64,000 nt of DNA. It comes from a virus. The DNA is taken from the IMG/VR virus record IMGVR_UViG_3300045988_154140, positions 1 through 64,000 of that record; one strand, written 5' to 3'. The notes beneath the pieces were generated by a model. It made no database searches. It had not been told where the DNA came from and saw nothing but the letters and a program-made list of their open reading frames with translations. Positions 19,006 through 28,450 of the stretch are shown here, in pieces (position 1 is the first letter of the stretch; each line of letters begins with the position of its first letter). The position numbers and the translations under genes are program-made.

Positions 19006-19617
19006 CTACTTCTTCTTAAACAGCCCCTCAAAGAGACCTTTACCGTTATTAAGTTTAGCCTGCATGTCTGCGCCCACTACGCCCATGCCTGCCTGCATGC
19101 CCGCAGAGGCGGCTGTCTGTGCGTTCTGTGCGGCCTGTGCGTAGTACTGCATATTACGCGCTGCGTTGGCGCTTATATTTTGTTGGTTCTGCTTATCCAC
19201 AGCGTCCTTGTAGGCTCCTGCCTGCGAGGCTATCTGTGCTGTAGCGTCAGCAAGCCCCGCATTAGCGGACTCCTGTGCCGCCATCACGCTCTCGTCTGTA
19301 CCGCCAGACACGGCTTGCCTGGCGCGGGCGCTGTTAATCTGCCTCTCTGCGGCCTCACGTGAGCTGTTGAGGAGGCGCTGCACATCAGCGCGCTGTGTGT
19401 AGTCCTCGTTCATGCGCTGGTTGTACCAGTCGTTCTGCTTCTTGTTTAGGTCGGCCATCTCCTTCCTGTACTTCTTCTCGGCTTTGTGGGCTTTAATGCC
19501 TCCATAGATGCTTGAACCTATCGAGGTGGCCGCGCCTAATATTGCTCCTATCATTGCAACGATTATTAAAAAGTTATGCCCACAAAGATAATCTCCGCGG
19601 GCATTCTCTCTTGACAA
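19006..19617 (-). CDS. hypothetical membrane-anchored Q/A/N-rich protein
   Basis: 203-aa ORF with one N-terminal hydrophobic helix (IIVAMIGAILGAATSIG). Alternative start at M22. Stop is 2 nt before the next gene. Confidence 0.6.
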   Translation of the reverse strand: MSRENARGDYLCGHNFLIIVAMIGAILGAATSIGSSIYGGIKAHKAEKKYRKEMADLNKKQNDWYNQRMNEDYTQRADVQRLLNSSREAAERQINSARARQAVSGGTDESVMAAQESANAGLADATAQIASQAGAYKDAVDKQNQQNISANAARNMQYYAQAAQNAQTAASAGMQAGMGVVGADMQAKLNNGKGLFEGLFKKK

Positions 19618-19625
19618 TTTATCAT

Positions 19626-20987
19626 CTACCTGTACGTCTGTACCAAGCGCTTGAGTGCGCCCATGAGCGCGTTCTGCTCGTTGGCCTTGCTCTGTATGGC
19701 CTGCCAGGCTCTCTCATCCACAGTGTCGGAACACAGCAGATGATAGACTTGCACGGGGTACTTCTGACCTTGCCTGTGCAGTCTCGCGCAGGCCTGCTGG
19801 TACAACTCAAGGTTGAACCCCACACCGAACCACACGATGACGTGTCCTCCTGCCTGCATGTTAAGGCCGTAGGCGCATGAGGCGGGATGGGCAAGCAGCA
19901 CCTCCACCTCTCCCTTGTTCCATGCGCGCAAGTCCTGCTCGTTCTCGTAGGCTCTCAGCTTGTAGTCCTTGCCGAGCGCGTCCTTGATACGTGCAAGGTC
20001 GTGCTTGTACTGGTAGAAGACGAGCACAGGAGACCCTGCGGCCTCTACTATCTCTCTGAGGGCTTCTATCTTCTCCTGATGTATCTCCTCCACCATGTGT
20101 TCGTCTGTATAGACAGCGCCGTTGGCATACTGAAGCAGCTTACCCATGAGGGCTGCGGCACTCGCGGCAGTGATAGCCTCTGTGTCGCTTATGCTCATCA
20201 CCATCTCACGCTCGAACTTGCGGTAGCGGCTCAGTATGCTGGCGGGCAGATGCACTCTCTTCACGATGTCCTGCCTCTCTGGCAGTGTCAGATAGTCTCC
20301 TGCCTGCATGGTGAGGCAGATGTCGGACAGCAGCGCGTCTATCTGTTCCTTGGATCCTTCCTTCAGCGTTGCCCTAAGCAGATAGCCCTGCGGACTTGTT
20401 GTCACGTTGAAGTAATTGCTCCTGTAGCGTGTCACGAACTTGCCAAGGCGCTGGCCTCCGTCTATGCAGAACACCTCTGCCCAGAGGTCAAGGTAGCCGT
20501 TAGGGGCTGGCGTGCCTGTAAGCCCTATGATATGGCTGAACTGGCTACGCACAAGCCGCATCGCCTTGAAGCGCTGGCTTGTGTTGCTCTTGAAGCTTGT
20601 CAACTCGTCTATGATGAGCATGTCAAACGGCATGCTGGCGTTGTAGTACTTGACCAGCCACACCCAGGAGTCGCGGCCAAGCACGTAGAGGTCGGCATCC
20701 TGCTCCAGAGCCTTTATGCGCTGCTTCTCTGTGCCTATGACGCGGCTCACGCGCAGACCCGACAGATGCTCCCATTTCTCTACCTCGTCTGACCATGTGG
20801 ATTCTGCCACCTTACGTGGGGCGATGACAAGCGCCTTGCTGACCTCCATGTCTGCAAGCATCCTGCCCAAGGCAGTAAGCGTTATAAGGCTCTTGCCCAA
20901 GCCCATCTCAAGCAGAAGCGCGCAGCGCGGCGTGTCTTCCACAAACCGAACCGCGCGCTTCTGGTAATCATGCAGGACTGCTTTCAT
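19626..20987 (-). CDS. SNF2-family helicase
   Basis: Walker A-like EMGLGKS, DExx box LIIDELTSF, LTGTPAPNG, C-terminal helicase motif RLHRQGQ. Confidence 0.85.
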   Translation of the reverse strand: MKAVLHDYQKRAVRFVEDTPRCALLLEMGLGKSLITLTALGRMLADMEVSKALVIAPRKVAESTWSDEVEKWEHLSGLRVSRVIGTEKQRIKALEQDADLYVLGRDSWVWLVKYYNASMPFDMLIIDELTSFKSNTSQRFKAMRLVRSQFSHIIGLTGTPAPNGYLDLWAEVFCIDGGQRLGKFVTRYRSNYFNVTTSPQGYLLRATLKEGSKEQIDALLSDICLTMQAGDYLTLPERQDIVKRVHLPASILSRYRKFEREMVMSISDTEAITAASAAALMGKLLQYANGAVYTDEHMVEEIHQEKIEALREIVEAAGSPVLVFYQYKHDLARIKDALGKDYKLRAYENEQDLRAWNKGEVEVLLAHPASCAYGLNMQAGGHVIVWFGVGFNLELYQQACARLHRQGQKYPVQVYHLLCSDTVDERAWQAIQSKANEQNALMGALKRLVQTYR

Positions 20988-21199
20988 CTCTCCGTCAACT
21001 TAGCGTTGAAGAGGATGCTGCGTGAGGCTTCCATCAGCTCGTCACGCTTGCGGAAGTAGTCTCGCGCGTTAGCGCGTACCTCTTCCTTACTCGCTCCCGA
21101 GCGTATGCTGCCAGTGTAGCACAGATGAGCGTCTATCATATCCATTGCCATCTTGGCAAGCTCCTCCCTACTCTTCAGATTGTTCTCCTGATACTCCAT
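20984..21199 (-). CDS. hypothetical protein
   Basis: 71-aa ORF with 4-nt overlap onto the SNF2 start. Confidence 0.5.
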   Translation of the reverse strand: MEYQENNLKSREELAKMAMDMIDAHLCYTGSIRSGASKEEVRANARDYFRKRDELMEASRSILFNAKLTER

Positions 21200-21638
21200 C
21201 TTTATTTACCTTTTGTTTGCGTTTTCGTTTTCTCAGACTTTCGCGTAGATGGGCAACTCGCTTTTCTTCTATTTCCTTGCTGAGCACTCTGCCCTTCTTG
21301 TAGCCGTGTGTCGGTACGTGTCCGCTCTTATAACAGCCAGGGTTTAGTCCCCTCCTCGTGCAGCTGTAAGCTATCCTCCTACACTCCTCTCTGTTCTTTG
21401 CCAGCCATTGCGGGTTCTTCTTTATACCCAGTTCCTTTGCCTTGCGTTCCAGCGTGCGCTTACACATCTGTAGCATGCCAGCCAGTTCCTCGCTGTGCAT
21501 GATGGGGAACCTAGCTCTCAGTTCCCGCAACATGTTCTCTGTCCACAGCAGGCGCTTGGACTTGCCGTTGTGCTCCCAGCATCGGCCTGTGGCGAAGTCG
21601 TAGAAGATGCCGTCTTCCTTCTTTCTATTCTTGCTCAT
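21168..21638 (-). CDS. putative DNA-binding protein (HTH)
   Basis: 156 aa with HTH-like SEELAGMLQMCKRTLERKAKELGI and a basic C-terminus. Confidence 0.5.
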   Translation of the reverse strand: MSKNRKKEDGIFYDFATGRCWEHNGKSKRLLWTENMLRELRARFPIMHSEELAGMLQMCKRTLERKAKELGIKKNPQWLAKNREECRRIAYSCTRRGLNPGCYKSGHVPTHGYKKGRVLSKEIEEKRVAHLRESLRKRKRKQKVNKDGVSGEQSEE

Positions 21639-21828
21639 CTTCCTCCTCCTCGTTAGGCTTGCAACAATCTGGGCAGTACCAATACTCTCCTTGCTTCTCC
21701 CAGCCTGACTCGCGTGCTACGAACTCAGCCGACTCCATATCTGTCCAGCCTGTTATGCTGTCATCTTCTGTGAGTCGTGTCCCGCAGCAATCGCAGAACA
21801 CCGCAAACATCTTTTCTTCTTTAATCAT
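21625..21828 (-). CDS. small zinc-ribbon protein
   Basis: CDCC..N40..CPDCC; acidic tail; overlaps neighbours. Confidence 0.5.
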   Translation of the reverse strand: MIKEEKMFAVFCDCCGTRLTEDDSITGWTDMESAEFVARESGWEKQGEYWYCPDCCKPNEEEEDEQE

Positions 21829-22040
21829 GTTTTTTGGCTGTTATTGTCATACTTCAACTTGCATTGCTCGCAGTAATGCTTGCCATTTCTTACCTTCCAG
21901 CCGAGTAGCCGTAGGTGGCGTTCTATGTCTTCCTTGCTGTCCATCGTTGCAATGAAAGACTCGTGTAGTATGCACAGGCATCCATCACAGTAAACATGTG
22001 TGTTTGGGTAGCCATCGCGGTGGTGTATAAAGTTAATCAT
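21825..22040 (-). CDS. small zinc-ribbon protein
   Basis: CDGC..N41..CEQC with a GW motif as in the neighbour; possible distant paralog. Confidence 0.5.
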   Translation of the reverse strand: MINFIHHRDGYPNTHVYCDGCLCILHESFIATMDSKEDIERHLRLLGWKVRNGKHYCEQCKLKYDNNSQKT

Positions 22041-22043
22041 ATT

Positions 22044-23276
22044 CTATAATTCCTCCCCAAAGTCGAATTTCATCTGTTGGAACTTCTCGGCATACCATCG
22101 TTTGTATGATTTACCCGAAATCCACCAGTCATAGATATTCTCCGCTATTTCGTTTTCTTGCTCCTCTGTCAAGCGGTCAGAAGAGGAGCTGGATGAAAAC
22201 CCCGATTGTCTCTCTCCACATTTCGTGCCATTCGATCGTTTGGTATCGCTCTCCAAATGTCCTTTTGGTAGGAATTGAGGCGTTTTGCCCCCTGTCCAAT
22301 GCCCTGGGTCGGGATGCTTGATGTAGCCCGCATCTGTTTTTCTGAGCAATCCTCTTACGTTGCTTGAAGGAACCTTGTCTTCGCGGATATTCCACCAGAC
22401 ATATTCCTCTTTGAACCCAGTATTCCTACGGATGGCCTTAATAGCCCTTATCCAACCTCGCTTGACGTGCGGATAGCGAGCGTTTTCGAGCATTTTCTGC
22501 TTGTATGAACTCATTGGGCAACTTATACAGCCTATGCGGTGCCAGCCTTCATCGTAGAGGGAGCAGTGCGGTACCTTCACCACATCGTTGAGAAATTCCC
22601 ACACGTCTTGCTCCGTCCAGTAAATGATGGGTGATACAAGTAGAGTCTCTTTGCCGTGGATGCAGCCTAATGTCTGTTCCTCGTCAGCATTGGTGATGTT
22701 CACTCCCTCCTTCTTCGACTTTCGCCTCAGGCGTTTAGCCTTCTGTTCCTGTCGGTACTTCTCCAGCTCGTCGAGGTCGCCACTAAACTTTCGGTTGCTC
22801 GTCTCAACCTCGTTGCGCTTGGCTCGGCGCGAACTCTCTGCCTTGCGGATGCCGATGAGCGTTACCTTTCCAGCGCCTGCCAGCTCCTTGTATTCGGCGC
22901 AACACCATCGCACACGCTTTGTGGGTAATATCCGTTTTTCGATGGCAATCTGAAAGATGCTCTTCTTCGGCTTTATGAGTTCAACTTCTGGATAGTTCCT
23001 CTTTACGAAGCGTATCACTTCGGGAGGGTCAACGCTCGTGAGATTCATGTGGCCTTGAAATTTCACTCCTGCTAACTGCGCCATGTGGTAGAGAGCCTGC
23101 GAGTCCTTGCCGCCGCTAAACGCAAGGTAATAGCCTTGCTCGGCATCATAGTTGAGCGCAATCTTCTCTGCCTTTTGCAGCAACTCAAACGAGTGAAGCA
23201 TCTTCTTTCGCAGTCGAGCCGAAGCACGGGCTAATGCCTCGTCAAGTAGAATTTTTGTATTCAAGTCTTTTAACAT
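22044..23276 (-). CDS. PP-loop ATP pyrophosphatase, PAPS-reductase/DndC/IbrA-like
   Basis: AFSGGKDSQA PP-loop, RWCCAEYK, GIRKAESSRR, RIGCISCP; its ATG overlaps the stop of the MTase-like gene. Confidence 0.8.
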   Translation of the reverse strand: MLKDLNTKILLDEALARASARLRKKMLHSFELLQKAEKIALNYDAEQGYYLAFSGGKDSQALYHMAQLAGVKFQGHMNLTSVDPPEVIRFVKRNYPEVELIKPKKSIFQIAIEKRILPTKRVRWCCAEYKELAGAGKVTLIGIRKAESSRRAKRNEVETSNRKFSGDLDELEKYRQEQKAKRLRRKSKKEGVNITNADEEQTLGCIHGKETLLVSPIIYWTEQDVWEFLNDVVKVPHCSLYDEGWHRIGCISCPMSSYKQKMLENARYPHVKRGWIRAIKAIRRNTGFKEEYVWWNIREDKVPSSNVRGLLRKTDAGYIKHPDPGHWTGGKTPQFLPKGHLESDTKRSNGTKCGERQSGFSSSSSSDRLTEEQENEIAENIYDWWISGKSYKRWYAEKFQQMKFDFGEEL

Positions 23277-24471
23277 TCTATAATTATATAAGGCGTAGTA
23301 TTACATAAGCCGTCTGCTTCGGTGAAGCCGTTTTTACCCGTAAACCTTGTAAGGGTATTGGCTATCTCCTTGCGTGGTCTCTTGATCACGTTTCCATGGC
23401 TGTCTCTCACCCAGCCGATGTAATACTTGTCAGTCATACTCTCATCCTTCTTCATCTTCATATTCTCCTTGAACATCTTATAGAAACCACGCCAATACTC
23501 TACATCCATTTTCTTAGGGTTCTCCTTGAACTTTTCGTAGAGATGGGCGATGGCAGGGCGATGATAGCTCAGCTCCTTTTCGTTCCATTCTACGCCCTTG
23601 TCCCATCCATCGTGGCGTTCCATGAATATCTGAAGCACGGTCTTTATGAACATTGCGGCCTCGTGTGTCGTCGGCAGGTCGAACTGCATGAAGAGGGCGT
23701 TGTCGGAATCGTTTGCCTTGAAGAACTTGCTCACGGCATCGTCCTTGAGGAAGTACCGCTCTTCTGCCTCGTCCAGCAGCACATCCTCCAACCGCTTGTC
23801 CAAGGCGATAGTCTCTGGAAACTGGAAGTCAAAGGCCACATCGCTCCGCATGGACAGACAGAATACCCTGTCTCTGTTCTGTGGCACGCCGTAGTTCTTT
23901 GCGTTGAGCCGCTGCCACCTCGATACGTAGCCAAGCCGCCACAACTTATTGAGCCACGCCTGGAAGTCGGGAAGGAAGTTCTTGTTTACCAGCGCCGCCA
24001 CGTTCTCCCACAAGAGGAACTTAGGGCGCAAAACTCCCACCGCGTCTGCTACATGCCACAGCAGGGACGAGCGCGTACCGCTGCCCTCCTTCATGCCCAT
24101 CTGCTTGCCAGCGTTGCTGTGGTTTGGCATTTCGGGCAGCTCTTCGTCTGGGAAGAGGCTCATCTGTCCGCTTGGTTCGCGGTGTTTAGGGTACCACAGC
24201 TGCTCGTAGATATAGGCAAGCACATCAACGACAATGCTGTTTCCTGCTTGTCTGTACTGCTGTGCTGCTGTGCTGCTGACACCGCCATTTCGTCCTTCTT
24301 GCCCTTTGGTTTGAAGCCTGCTATACGCTTCTCTGCCTGTGCGTTCGTGCTCTGCATCGTGTGTATCACATCATCGCGCACGCCCATCAGCCTGAAACAC
24401 TCAAAGGGTGTAAGCTTGCGCATCGCGTAGGACTTAATGCTTCGGTCCCTGTAGTTCAGTTTCAATATCAT
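23270..24471 (-). pseudogene. Permuted, degenerate, frameshifted C5-cytosine methyltransferase-like gene
   Basis: Motif order is IX (RKLTPFECFRLMG), X (QAGNSIVV, other frame), IV-like PNHSNAGK (no Cys), VI LWENV, VIII QNRDRVF. No FxGxG motif found. Two ORF-track pieces (24160-24471, 23270-24223). Confidence 0.7.
24254..24277. repeat. Three tandem 8-mers causing the MTase-like frameshift
   Basis: + strand GTACTGCT GTGCTGCT GTGCTGCT. Removing one unit fuses ...VSAAQQ to YRQAGNSIVV in frame. Confidence 0.85.
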
Positions 24472-24817
24472 CGTGTAGTTGCTTTAGCACCCTCCTTTGA
24501 TTACATGTTCCGTGCATCTTTATTAGTTGCCACAGAAATTCCTCTGTTTTGAAACGTACTCGGTATTTTATCTCCCGATAGGAAATTATGTTTTTATCTG
24601 GAAAACCAGGTTTAATGTGGTCCCATCTTTCGAGGACGTTTAGGTAGGAGAAATACCCCTTATCTATCTCAACGGTTAGTTCTGTGTAAGCATCCGAGTC
24701 CTCTAACGAATCTGGCCAATCTTCCAAATCTACTTCCATAAAGAAGTATTTATCTCGGTTCGAGTCTGTTTTGAAACCAAGTTCTAATAGGGTCTTTCTT
24801 ATCTTCTCTTTATCCAT
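24434..24817 (-). CDS. hypothetical protein
   Basis: 127-aa ORF, AT-richer than its neighbours, tightly packed. Confidence 0.55.
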   Translation of the reverse strand: MDKEKIRKTLLELGFKTDSNRDKYFFMEVDLEDWPDSLEDSDAYTELTVEIDKGYFSYLNVLERWDHIKPGFPDKNIISYREIKYRVRFKTEEFLWQLIKMHGTCNQRRVLKQLHDDIETELQGPKH

Positions 24818-24818
24818 A

Positions 24819-25625
24819 TCACTTACCCGTTAGCATCTTCTTTACTCTCTGCCACAAAGAGGGCTTGCGGTCTCTCTTAATCTGCTCTACGTACTTTACC
24901 ACTCTTTCATATTCTCTCCCGCTCACATTGCTGTCCTTGTAGGCTTTAGCAATTAGCTCCTTGCCCGTGCCATAGAAGCATCCAACGCGCCACATGTCAT
25001 TGCTGCGTGTCCATGTAAAGTACCTACCCGATGTCCACCAATTCTTAAAGACAATATAGTCGTAGTTGGATTCTATCACCGCGTCACCGCCAATTTTGGC
25101 CCAACCACTTATGCCCAAGGTCTGAGGATTTCTTTGTCTTATAACAGCAAAATCGTAAATCGCAGCGCTACCACATATACATACCCAGCCACGAACAGAA
25201 GCAGAATCCTCAACAGTAGCTTTTTCGGCAATAACCGCACTATTGCTTACGCAAGCCATGCCAGAAACGCGCGCACGTTGGCTAACAATTGCGCCATTAT
25301 AAACCTTAGCCTCGTCAGCTACCCAAGCGTGGTCTCTAACAATTGCGCCATTATAAACCTTAGCCTCGTCAGCTACCCAAGCGTGGTCGCGTAGGTTTTC
25401 ATAGCTTTCAACAAAACCGCCCAGAGTGCCTTTCGTTATATTCGGGAAATCCTCTGTACATCTTATGCGGTGCAGCGTATGCCCGTCAAACTCAATGGTC
25501 TCATCGGTCAACTCATAATGCCTATTTTCTTTCATAATTTTATCTTTCATAATTTTATTATAACCCCGAATTGTGTCACATATTCTATTGATAAGTCCAT
25601 ACAGGCTTGCTCTCTCGTTCTCCAT
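24819..25625 (-). CDS. beta-helix repeat protein, YdcK-like (paralog A)
   Basis: HRIRCTEDFPNITKGTLGGFVESYENL followed by hexapeptide-like repeats; resembles the E. coli YdcK N-terminus from memory. Confidence 0.6.
   Translation of the reverse strand: MENERASLYGLINRICDTIRGYNKIMKDKIMKENRHYELTDETIEFDGHTLHRIRCTEDFPNITKGTLGGFVESYENLRDHAWVADEAKVYNGAIVRDHAWVADEAKVYNGAIVSQRARVSGMACVSNSAVIAEKATVEDSASVRGWVCICGSAAIYDFAVIRQRNPQTLGISGWAKIGGDAVIESNYDYIVFKNWWTSGRYFTWTRSNDMWRVGCFYGTGKELIAKAYKDSNVSGREYERVVKYVEQIKRDRKPSLWQRVKKMLTGK
25282..25389. repeat. 54-bp near-perfect tandem duplication inside paralog A
   Basis: CTAACAATTGCGCCATTATAAACCTTAGCCTCGTCAGCTACCCAAGCGTGGTC x2 duplicates the 18 aa RDHAWVADEAKVYNGAIV. 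Confidence 0.9.
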
Positions 25626-26593
25626 CAGCCAAGCTCCTTAATACTTTCTACATACTTCACGAGCAGCTCTCGGTTCTTGCCGTGTAGCTCTCCCTTCTCG
25701 TAGCCCTTCTTGATGAACTCCTCTGCTGGGCAGGGGCTGTTTATGCTAAGACCGTCGCAATGCCACATGTCGTTGCTGCGTGTCCAAACAATCTCGTACC
25801 CCTCATGGAGCCAATCGGTGAACACCACATAGTCCCTGCTACTTATCACCTTCGCATCCCCGCATATACGGAAGGTTCCCTTTATAGGGATAAACACCTT
25901 TTTAGGCCCTGGAAGCCCCTCACATCTGACCTCTGCTTCGTCTGTAACGTAAAGAGCGCCCATAGAATATGTCATGCCACCTACAACGGCATACCCGTCC
26001 ACCATTGTATTGCCCATAAGCCAGGCGTGGTCACATACCAAAGCACAGCCGCCCACATGAGCGCACTCCCCTAAATTGGCATGGTCACAGACACGTGCGT
26101 CCATGCCTACACAGGCATATTCTGTCACCCTTGCATGGCCTTCTATCCTTGCATTGTCTGTTATTTCCGCGTTGTCTTTAACAACAGCGTGGTCTGTGAC
26201 AACGCAGTTACCCTTGACCTCGGTGCAGTCGCCAACACCTGCGTTACCGCTTACCTCTGCATCCATGACGAAAGCATGGTCGCCTACATAAGCGTTACCG
26301 CTTATCGTGGCCGTTCCGCAGACCTTTGCAAAGCCAAATACCATCGCAGTCTCCTTGATGATTGCGGATCCTTTTACCTTTGCGTACTCACATACAACTG
26401 CTTCATCCTCCACCCAGGCCTGTTCACTTAGGTTCTTGTAGTCTTCTATCCAACCACCGACATCCCCTGCCTTGTAATCGCGGAAGTCCTTTGTGCATCT
26501 GATACGGTGTACTACGCGGTTATAAAACTTCTTGGTTTCGCCCGTAAACTCGTAATATCTCTCTTCTTCCATATCTCTATTCTGTTTAACCAT
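25625..26593 (-). CDS. beta-helix repeat protein, YdcK-like (paralog B)
   Basis: HRIRCTKDFRDYKAGDVGGWIEDYKNL plus about 10 hexapeptide-like turns. The second ATG (MEEERYY) may be the real start. Confidence 0.6.
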   Translation of the reverse strand: MVKQNRDMEEERYYEFTGETKKFYNRVVHRIRCTKDFRDYKAGDVGGWIEDYKNLSEQAWVEDEAVVCEYAKVKGSAIIKETAMVFGFAKVCGTATISGNAYVGDHAFVMDAEVSGNAGVGDCTEVKGNCVVTDHAVVKDNAEITDNARIEGHARVTEYACVGMDARVCDHANLGECAHVGGCALVCDHAWLMGNTMVDGYAVVGGMTYSMGALYVTDEAEVRCEGLPGPKKVFIPIKGTFRICGDAKVISSRDYVVFTDWLHEGYEIVWTRSNDMWHCDGLSINSPCPAEEFIKKGYEKGELHGKNRELLVKYVESIKELG

Positions 26594-27174
26594 TATAGGA
26601 ACACCTTGTTGTAAAGGTCGGCGAATTGCTTGCCAAATTGTTCAGCTCGCTCCTGAGTCTTAAAGCAAAGCCGAGAACCTATATTTGCAAACGCACTCGC
26701 AGGCGTGTAAACCGTACTCGAAAAGACGAACCTCTCAGTAGCCTTCTCATAGGTGAACCAAGGGAACCATTTTTCTTGCCCGCGATTCGAGAAATCAGGT
26801 ACAAATCCGTCCATAATATTCCACGCCTGCGCGATTGTGAACAACTTGTTCAGCGCATCCAAAGCTTCAAAGTGCTTCGGATTGAGGCTCCCCAAAAAAT
26901 CACATGGGCGTATTTCCTTATGCAGTAAGTCTCTTGCTTGTAGAAACGCTATGGCGCTCACAAAGTCGGGAATACACTCGCACGCGTCATCCTCTTCTAC
27001 TTTTTCAACCATGTAATCTACGAGAAGTCCTACGCTGCAATCATCCTTCCCGTCTTCAACACTCTCGGTTGCGTAGCGCAAGATAGTCAGCATTGCCTCC
27101 TTGCGGGTATCGTGGGCAGCAGGCATTACATTCTGCTCGCTTCCATCCGCATTTTTGATGACATACTTTTTCAT
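26593..27174 (-). CDS. hypothetical protein (tandem paralog 1)
   Basis: MKKYVIKNADGSEQNVMPAAH... and ...CFKTQERAEQFGKQFADLYNKVFL match the next gene. Confidence 0.6.
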   Translation of the reverse strand: MKKYVIKNADGSEQNVMPAAHDTRKEAMLTILRYATESVEDGKDDCSVGLLVDYMVEKVEEDDACECIPDFVSAIAFLQARDLLHKEIRPCDFLGSLNPKHFEALDALNKLFTIAQAWNIMDGFVPDFSNRGQEKWFPWFTYEKATERFVFSSTVYTPASAFANIGSRLCFKTQERAEQFGKQFADLYNKVFL

Positions 27175-27193
27175 ATCTATTCTTGTTTAGTTG

Positions 27194-27727
27194 TTATAGG
27201 AACACCTTGTTGTAAAGGTCGATGAACTGTTCACAAAATTGTTTCGCGCGCTTTGATGTCTTAAAGCAAATCCGAGGACTGAGATACGCACGTGCATTCG
27301 CAGTTATGCTAAACGTACCCGCATACACGAACCCCGCGGCATCCTGGTCATACCTAATCCAAGGAGACCACTTGGCTTGTTTCGGATTCGAGAAATCGGG
27401 GACGAATCCATCTTCCTTATTCCAGGCTTCGGCCATAGCAACCAACTTATTCAAGGTAAGCTGCGCTTCAATGCGCTTTGGATTGATGTCTTCTACAAGT
27501 CTTGCGACACCCTCAAACGGAAGGTTGCTTTCGGAAATTTTTTCCTTCTCATCCACCTCCTCGATAGCGTAGTTGAAAGGGTCTTCCATGCTGTCATCAT
27601 CCATATCTTCGGCTACTCCTGTAAGGTAGTGCGAGAGAGTCAGCAGCGCATCCTTGAGCGTGTTGTGAACGGCAGGCATCACATGCTGCTCACTGCCATC
27701 TTTCATCTTGATAATGTACTTACTCAT
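27194..27727 (-). CDS. hypothetical protein (tandem paralog 2)
   Basis: MSKYIIKMKDGSEQHVMPAVH... and ...CFKTSKRAKQFCEQFIDLYNKVFL. Confidence 0.6.
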   Translation of the reverse strand: MSKYIIKMKDGSEQHVMPAVHNTLKDALLTLSHYLTGVAEDMDDDSMEDPFNYAIEEVDEKEKISESNLPFEGVARLVEDINPKRIEAQLTLNKLVAMAEAWNKEDGFVPDFSNPKQAKWSPWIRYDQDAAGFVYAGTFSITANARAYLSPRICFKTSKRAKQFCEQFIDLYNKVFL

Positions 27728-27739
27728 TTTTGTTCTTGT

Positions 27740-28030
27740 TTAGTTGTCGGTATTCTCTTTCTTTTCAGGCTCCAGTAACTTGCTTACGTCATGCAGTAAT
27801 CTGCACAGCTCTTCCACCATCTTCTTCCTGTCGTTAGGAGAGACCACCTCGAAACTGGCCACTATGCCCAGCGACAGCCCAGCCAAGAGCTCGTCCGTGT
27901 ATATACCGCCCGTCTGGCATGCCTTTTCAATAGCCTGTGCTACATCCTCGCTCAGCATCTTCACTTTTGCGATATCTTTTTTGGGGTTTTTAGTTTGAAG
28001 CTTCAACCAAAATTCATCATAGCCACTCAT
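27740..28030 (-). CDS. hypothetical protein
   Basis: 96-aa ORF preceded by the CAACTAAACA motif. Confidence 0.5.
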   Translation of the reverse strand: MSGYDEFWLKLQTKNPKKDIAKVKMLSEDVAQAIEKACQTGGIYTDELLAGLSLGIVASFEVVSPNDRKKMVEELCRLLHDVSKLLEPEKKENTDN

Positions 28031-28048
28031 CTCAATTCTGTTTAGTTG

Positions 28049-28450
28049 TTAATTTTCTCTTTCTTTCTCACTCTTGATAATCTCAAGCCGCATCTCAAGG
28101 ATTCTGACGTATGCGCGCAGCATATCATGCTGTAATCTCCACAGGTTCTCCTCATTCGGCTTTGGAACTGGCTCGTCGAAAAGCATCCACGACTGGATAC
28201 GGCGCTGGACTTCTGTAATCTCTACGCGCAGTCTGTCTTCCGAACTATTGAATTGCGTGTAGCAGCGGTTGAACGTGTCTTCATCCACCCAATACTCAAG
28301 AACTCTCCCGTTTGGGACAGGCTGTGTTATCTTGTAGCCAGCTTTGAGTACATGCCCGTCTTCTGACTTGGGATGTATGCCTGCCGCAATAGCCTCGTAC
28401 TCCGTCATAGGATGTGCCCATACCTCTCTTGGGCCGATATACTTATTCAT
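28049..28450 (-). CDS. hypothetical protein sharing its N-domain with the Tad2-like fusion
   Basis: Start trimmed to MNKYIGPREVWAHPMTEYEA...GYKITQP..., which parallels MKTYVGTKTVKAMPMNELAA...GYHVQYT of 29511-30218. Confidence 0.6.
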   Translation of the reverse strand: MNKYIGPREVWAHPMTEYEAIAAGIHPKSEDGHVLKAGYKITQPVPNGRVLEYWVDEDTFNRCYTQFNSSEDRLRVEITEVQRRIQSWMLFDEPVPKPNEENLWRLQHDMLRAYVRILEMRLEIIKSEKEREN

